Assembly (NCBI GenBank): GCA_016722505.1
Contig: JADKJH010000005.1
Span: forward strand, 190,872-254,871
Origin: Holophagaceae bacterium
GTDB taxonomy: Bacteria; Acidobacteriota; Holophagae; Holophagales; Holophagaceae
DNA: 64,000 nucleotides
Direction of reading: 5' to 3'
Position 1 is the stretch's first letter; the number at the start of each line of letters is the position of its first letter. A program made the translations under genes and the position numbers. Positions 59,850 through 64,000 of this stretch are shown one piece after another. The notes below the pieces were generated by a model that had not been told where the DNA came from, did no database searches, and saw nothing but the letters and a program-made list of their open reading frames with translations.

Positions 59850-60211
59850 AGACCGTCCTGGTGGTAGATGACCAGCCGGAGGTCGTGGGCCTCCTTCAGG
59901 ATATTTTGTCTCTTGAAGGCTATCGCGTGCTCACGGCGGACAGCTCGGATCCTGCCCGGAAATGGCTGGCCATTAAAAAGGTGGATTTGGCATTTCTGGA
60001 TGTGGATATGCCAGGCGAGAGCGGCTACGAGCTCTGCGAATTCATCAAAGGCTTTCCAGGGGCGCCAAAAGTCGTGATGCTCACAGGCCTTGAAGATGAA
60101 GCGCACTGGCAAGAAGGGCATCGTGTCGGAGCGGATGTCTATGCGGTGAAGCCCTTCGGACGGGACCGCATTCTTATGATCGTGCAAGAGCTCATCGGAG
60201 AGGCTGACTGA
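59846..60211 (+). CDS. Single-domain response regulator (CheY-like receiver)
   Basis: VLVVDD..., phospho-acceptor FLDVDMPGESG, K in AVKPF; ATGA overlap with pdxJ. Confidence 0.8.
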   Translation: MKTVLVVDDQPEVVGLLQDILSLEGYRVLTADSSDPARKWLAIKKVDLAFLDVDMPGESGYELCEFIKGFPGAPKVVMLTGLEDEAHWQEGHRVGADVYAVKPFGRDRILMIVQELIGEAD

Positions 60212-61032
60212 TGTCGAATCTTCGCGGCAACTTGTCGAGCATTTCCCTCACGGATGTGGCCCAGCTGCTGCATGTGAACAAGAAAACAGGTCTCCTCAAA
60301 GTCACTGCCGGGAAGATCGCCGGAACCCTTTTCGTCGTGAACGGCGAAGTCATCCACGCCGAGACACCCCACAGCAAAGGCGAAATGGCGGCTTTCGAGA
60401 TATTGGAATGGGACAAGGGCGAGTTCGAGTTCATCGCCATGAAGGTGCAGGCCCCCAACAGCATCCGCCGTTCGGTTCCAGACCTGCTCATGGAGTCGGC
60501 CCGCACCTCGGATTCCCGCAAGCGATTGCGCAGCCTGTTTCCGAACCTCAAATCCGTGCCGTGGCCAACCCTTCAGGGCGATGAGTTGCTTCAGGGCATC
60601 AAGATCTACACAGAGGATCGGAAAATCATTCCTTATTTCGACGGGTTCCGGGACTTCATGGATGTCATGGCCACCACCGAACTAAACGAAGTCGCGGTGC
60701 TCCAGGCCGCGAGCATTCTTTATGATGCGGGACGCCTTAAATTATTCGAACCCGAGGTGCAGGTGAATGTCGGGATCATGAAAACAGGATTCTTCAAGAA
60801 GGGTGATCACTTGGAAGCGCCCAAGTCCCTCGAGGCCCAATGGCGTCAGCTGGAGCCCTACAGCAGCGCGCCCATCACCAACGTGCGCGTCATGTGGGCC
60901 AACGGTCCCGCCGTAGACCCCATCCAATTCGTCACCGGAATGAATGATTTCACCCTCGCGATCTCGAAGGACCTCTTGGGTGCATGGGGCCTGAATGAAG
61001 GTGACGTCGTGCAGGTTCGGCCAGCGCCCTGA
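60211..61032 (+). CDS. DUF4388 domain-containing protein
   Basis: GNLSSISLTDVAQLLHVNKKTGLLKV...GTLFVVNGEVIHA...GEMAAFEILEWDKGEFEF matches the DUF4388 pattern; 1-nt overlap with the receiver gene. Confidence 0.7.
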   Translation: MSNLRGNLSSISLTDVAQLLHVNKKTGLLKVTAGKIAGTLFVVNGEVIHAETPHSKGEMAAFEILEWDKGEFEFIAMKVQAPNSIRRSVPDLLMESARTSDSRKRLRSLFPNLKSVPWPTLQGDELLQGIKIYTEDRKIIPYFDGFRDFMDVMATTELNEVAVLQAASILYDAGRLKLFEPEVQVNVGIMKTGFFKKGDHLEAPKSLEAQWRQLEPYSSAPITNVRVMWANGPAVDPIQFVTGMNDFTLAISKDLLGAWGLNEGDVVQVRPAP

Positions 61033-61037
61033 CGAGG

Positions 61038-61145
61038 GTTGAGGTACAAGAGACGAGGGGCGAAGTTCAATAAGGCAGCGGCCGAGGGCCGCATCACCTA
61101 GTGCGCCGGAGGCGCCCCCCTCATACCTCGCACCTCATACCTCAC
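61038..61145. repeat. Structured intergenic repeat element, copy 2 (about 108 bp); overlaps the stop codon of the recombinase gene
   Basis: Left arm gttgaggtacaagagacgaggggcg, right arm gcgcccccctcatacctcgcacctcatacctcac. Core ttcaataaggcagcggccgagggccgcatcacctagtgcgccggaggcgcc about 80% identical to copy 1. Confidence 0.7.
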
Positions 61146-62056
61146 GACTTCTTCGCCCTGGGGTGCGCGGAGTTATAGGTCTTCGAGAGCTGTTCCAGGT
61201 CCAGGTGGGTGTAACGCTGGGTCGTGCTGAGGCTGGCGTGGCCCAGGAGTTCCTGGATGGCCCGAAGGTCCATGCCATGGGCAAGCAGGTGGGATGCAAA
61301 GCTGTGGCGCAGGGCATGTGGACTGATGCGTGCCCTGAGCGCCGCCCCTTCCACGGCCTTCTGAAGCAGATTGCGGATGCTGGTGGTGGTCAGGCGTCCT
61401 CCGCGCAGGTTTAAAAAAATCGCAGCGGTGGGTGGCAGGGATTTCAATGCCAGATGATCGCTTCTGAAACCCAGATAGCGTTCTAAGGCCTCGGCGGCTC
61501 CGGGATGAAAAGGCACCAACCGTTCTTTGCTGCCCTTTCCGACTACCCGCAGTGTCCTCTGTTCAAAAAACACATCTTGAAGATCCAGCCCCACCAACTC
61601 GGAAACGCGCAATCCAGAGGCGTAGAGCAATTCCAGGAGGCAGCGCAGCCGCGCGGATGGAAAATCAACAGCCGCTGGAAGATCCAGCAAGGAAGCGCTT
61701 TCACCTTCCGTTAAAAAGGCCGGGAGCTTGATGGCTTGCTTGGGGTTTCTGAGACCTGAAGCAGGATTCGCCGGTATGCGGCCCGTATCCCAAAGCCAAC
61801 GGAAGAATCCCCGGGCCGTGGATAAGATCCGGGCCTGGCTCGCAGGGTCCAGTCCACGCGTGCCCAGTTCCAAAGCGAATCGCCGCAAGGTGCGTGGAGT
61901 CACATCCCACCCCGCCCATGATTCTTGAAGCGCATGGGCAACGAGTTTTTCCAGGTCGCCTTTTTGTGCCATGACAGTGTGCGGCGAGACCCCTCTGGCG
62001 CGTTGTTCCAGATGGAAGGCTTGGACCGATTCAGTCAGCGGAGAAGAGGCATTCAT
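61142..62056 (-). CDS. Tyrosine recombinase XerC/XerD family
   Basis: Phage-integrase N-terminal SAM-like domain, catalytic R...HxxR...Y (ALRHSFASHLL...TQRYTHL); 304 aa. Confidence 0.85.
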   Translation of the reverse strand: MNASSPLTESVQAFHLEQRARGVSPHTVMAQKGDLEKLVAHALQESWAGWDVTPRTLRRFALELGTRGLDPASQARILSTARGFFRWLWDTGRIPANPASGLRNPKQAIKLPAFLTEGESASLLDLPAAVDFPSARLRCLLELLYASGLRVSELVGLDLQDVFFEQRTLRVVGKGSKERLVPFHPGAAEALERYLGFRSDHLALKSLPPTAAIFLNLRGGRLTTTSIRNLLQKAVEGAALRARISPHALRHSFASHLLAHGMDLRAIQELLGHASLSTTQRYTHLDLEQLSKTYNSAHPRAKKS

Positions 62057-62065
62057 CCTGTTACC

Positions 62066-63946
62066 ATGCCATCACATCTTCAATCCACCCAAGCTGGAGT
62101 CTTAACGGTGAACGAATCTGTCACGACCATCGCAGAATTATTTTATGCGGCGGTGGAGCACAACCTGCCGGACGCTCTCGCCTACAAAAAAGATGGAAGC
62201 TATGTCCCCATCTCGAGCCGGGAGCTGCTGGGCTCCGTGGAATGCTTGGCTCTGGCCATGCATGATCGCGGGTTGAGGCCAGGGACCAACGTGGCCATAC
62301 TCGCGGAAAACAGCCCGGAATGGGCCATGACTGACTACGCATGCGCCATATCAGGCCTTCCCACCGCTACGATCTACGCCACCCTTATCGCTTCCCAAGC
62401 CGCGTTCATTTTGAACAACTCGAAGTCCCAATGGGTGTTCTGTTCCGACCAGGCCCAACTGGACAAAGTGCTGGAGCTTTGGCATAACCTGCCGGACCTT
62501 CAGCTGGCCGTGCTCATGAATGGGCCAGTGCCAGAAGTCGAAGGCCGCGCAATCCTGTCCTGGTCCCAGCTCATGGAAGAAGGCAAGGCGCAGGCGGCAC
62601 GCGCCCCACAAGTGCGGCAGTGGGGGCTGGAGCGCAAGCCGGGTGATCTGCTCACGATCATCTACACATCGGGCACCACAGCCGACCCCAAAGGCGCCAT
62701 GTTGAGCCATGGCAATATCGTTTCCAACGTACATGCATCCTTGAAGGTGCTGCCGATGCAGGTTAAGGATCGTTGTCTTTCCTTCCTGCCTCTGACCCAT
62801 ATCTTCGAACGCATGGCGGGCCATTTCGTGATGCTGCATATAGGGGCGAGCATCTATTACGCAGAGAGCGTAGGCACCGTAGCGGAAAACCTGATGGAAG
62901 TAAGGCCCACTGTGCTTTGCAGCGTGCCCCGCATCTACGAGAAGATCTTCGCAAAAGTCATGGATGGCGTCGCAGGCTCCGGCTGGCCCAAGCACCAACT
63001 TTTCCACTGGGCCTATCTCGTCGGACTGCAGGCGGTGCCCCTCCTCTACGACGGAAAGAAACCCACAGGCTGGCTGGGTTTACGCTTCGCTTTGGCGAAA
63101 GCGCTTGTTTTTTCCAAAATCAAAGCCCGCACCGGCGGCCAGATCCGCTTTGCGGTCTCCGGCGGCGCACCCCTGATGCCCAAAGTGATGGAGTTTTTCT
63201 GGGCCATCGGCCTGCCGATCCTGGAAGGCTACGGCCTTACAGAAACAAGCCCCGTCATCACGGCCAACCGTTTTGGCGTGGTCGGTCCTGGTACCGTGGG
63301 CCTCGCGCTCTATGACACCTGGGAAGGCAAGCCCTTCCTCAAGATCGCCGAAGACGGCGAGATTCTATGCCACGGACCCAATGTGATGCTGGGCTACTGG
63401 GACAATGAGGCCGCCACCAAGGAAGCCATTGATGCCGATGGCTATTTCCATACGGGGGATATCGGTGAATTCGATGCCCGCGGGCGTCTGAAGATCACTG
63501 ATCGCAAGAAGGAACTCATCATCACCAGCGGCGGGAAAAAAATCGCGCCCCAGCCTATCGAGAATGAATTGAAAACCGACAAATATGTATCCCAAGCCGT
63601 GCTCATCGGGGACAAACGCAATTTCATCACTGCCCTGGTCGTCCCCAATTTTGATTCCCTGGAGCGCTGGGCTGGATACAAGCATTTGCATTATGCCAAT
63701 CGCCGGGAGTTGGTCGAGCAGCCCATCGTGATGGCGAAACTCATGACCCGGATCGAAAAGGTCAACGCCACCCTATCGAAATATGAGCGCATCAAGAAAA
63801 TCGTCATTGTCCCTGATGAATTGACCGTGGAAAACGGCGCCCTGACCCCCAGCCTGAAGATCAAACGGCGGATCGTGAACCATATGTACGATGGCCTTAT
63901 CGAGGCGCTGCACGAAGTCCATAAAGGCGAGTCCGAAGCGCACTGA
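62066..63946 (+). CDS. Long-chain fatty-acid--CoA ligase (AMP-dependent synthetase/ligase)
   Basis: AMP-binding motif IIYTSGTTADPKGAML, TGDIGEFD, KIAPQ; ORF finder extends to 61925 inside the recombinase gene. Confidence 0.85.
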   Translation: MPSHLQSTQAGVLTVNESVTTIAELFYAAVEHNLPDALAYKKDGSYVPISSRELLGSVECLALAMHDRGLRPGTNVAILAENSPEWAMTDYACAISGLPTATIYATLIASQAAFILNNSKSQWVFCSDQAQLDKVLELWHNLPDLQLAVLMNGPVPEVEGRAILSWSQLMEEGKAQAARAPQVRQWGLERKPGDLLTIIYTSGTTADPKGAMLSHGNIVSNVHASLKVLPMQVKDRCLSFLPLTHIFERMAGHFVMLHIGASIYYAESVGTVAENLMEVRPTVLCSVPRIYEKIFAKVMDGVAGSGWPKHQLFHWAYLVGLQAVPLLYDGKKPTGWLGLRFALAKALVFSKIKARTGGQIRFAVSGGAPLMPKVMEFFWAIGLPILEGYGLTETSPVITANRFGVVGPGTVGLALYDTWEGKPFLKIAEDGEILCHGPNVMLGYWDNEAATKEAIDADGYFHTGDIGEFDARGRLKITDRKKELIITSGGKKIAPQPIENELKTDKYVSQAVLIGDKRNFITALVVPNFDSLERWAGYKHLHYANRRELVEQPIVMAKLMTRIEKVNATLSKYERIKKIVIVPDELTVENGALTPSLKIKRRIVNHMYDGLIEALHEVHKGESEAH

Positions 63947-64000
63947 TGACTGACGGCTGACGACAGACAGCGCCAGAGCTGTTCTGCCCTTTTCACCTTT

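Noticed and set aside
61033-61141. dif site for the adjacent XerC/D-like recombinase
   Set aside because: The repeat element has no similarity to the 28-bp dif consensus (two 11-bp arms around a 6-bp spacer). It is better explained as a member of the structured repeat family.
1-64000. tRNA, rRNA or other structured RNA genes
   Set aside because: No intergenic segment is long enough or has cloverleaf-compatible sequence. The only structured non-coding candidates are the repeat elements reported as findings.

Overview
This is a 64 kb high-GC (about 65%) bacterial chromosomal window. Gene content suggests an Acidobacteria/Holophagae-like organism: a TonB-dependent receptor with a CarboxypepD_reg domain, bacillithiol bshB/bshC, and GT-C ArnT-like glycosyltransferases. 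Most of the window is housekeeping genes: radA, yicC, miaB, feoAB, pgsA, rluB, ribA, nrnA, add, fur, pepP, gpsA-plsY, cinA, pyk, a tandem gap pair, bshC-bshB-tilS-ftsH-folP-glmM-pdxJ, xerC/D and fadD.

Three things stand out.

1. At least nine conserved genes are broken by frameshifts, most of them visibly in short homopolymer runs (A5, C5, G5, G4). They are a DUF1684 gene, an NMO-family gene, the M20 peptidase signal peptide, the flotillin gene, an ArnT-like gene, an MDR oxidoreductase, pyk, gapA and bshC. In addition, a sortilin-like gene carries one in-frame TAA and a TonB-dependent receptor lacks its 5' end. This pattern strongly suggests uncorrected long-read indel errors rather than real pseudogenes.

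2. Two genes, miaB and bshB, are each preceded by a duplicated copy of their own 5' coding end. In both cases the duplicate forms an upstream ORF that terminates in an ATGA overlap with the authentic start codon.

3. A new intergenic element of about 100 bp with imperfect 25-bp terminal inverted repeats (GTGAGGTATGAGGGGCG ... CGCCCCTCATACCTCAC) occurs twice, both times overlapping the stop codon of a minus-strand gene. A third intergenic hairpin carries a related arm motif (GAGGTACGAGG).

Accessory-looking content includes a degraded IS110-family transposase followed by a low-GC patch and a tautomerase-like/winged-helix hypothetical. There is an envelope-modification cluster, transcribed on the minus strand: LytS/LytTR two-component system, then a standalone ArnA dehydrogenase domain, then two GT-C ArnT-like transferases and an ArnE-like gene. 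A secreted lysine-rich 11-mer-repeat protein is encoded on the opposite strand inside this cluster. A c-di-GMP pair is also present: a sensor GGDEF protein and a standalone MshEN-domain protein. No CRISPR array, rRNA or tRNA was found.
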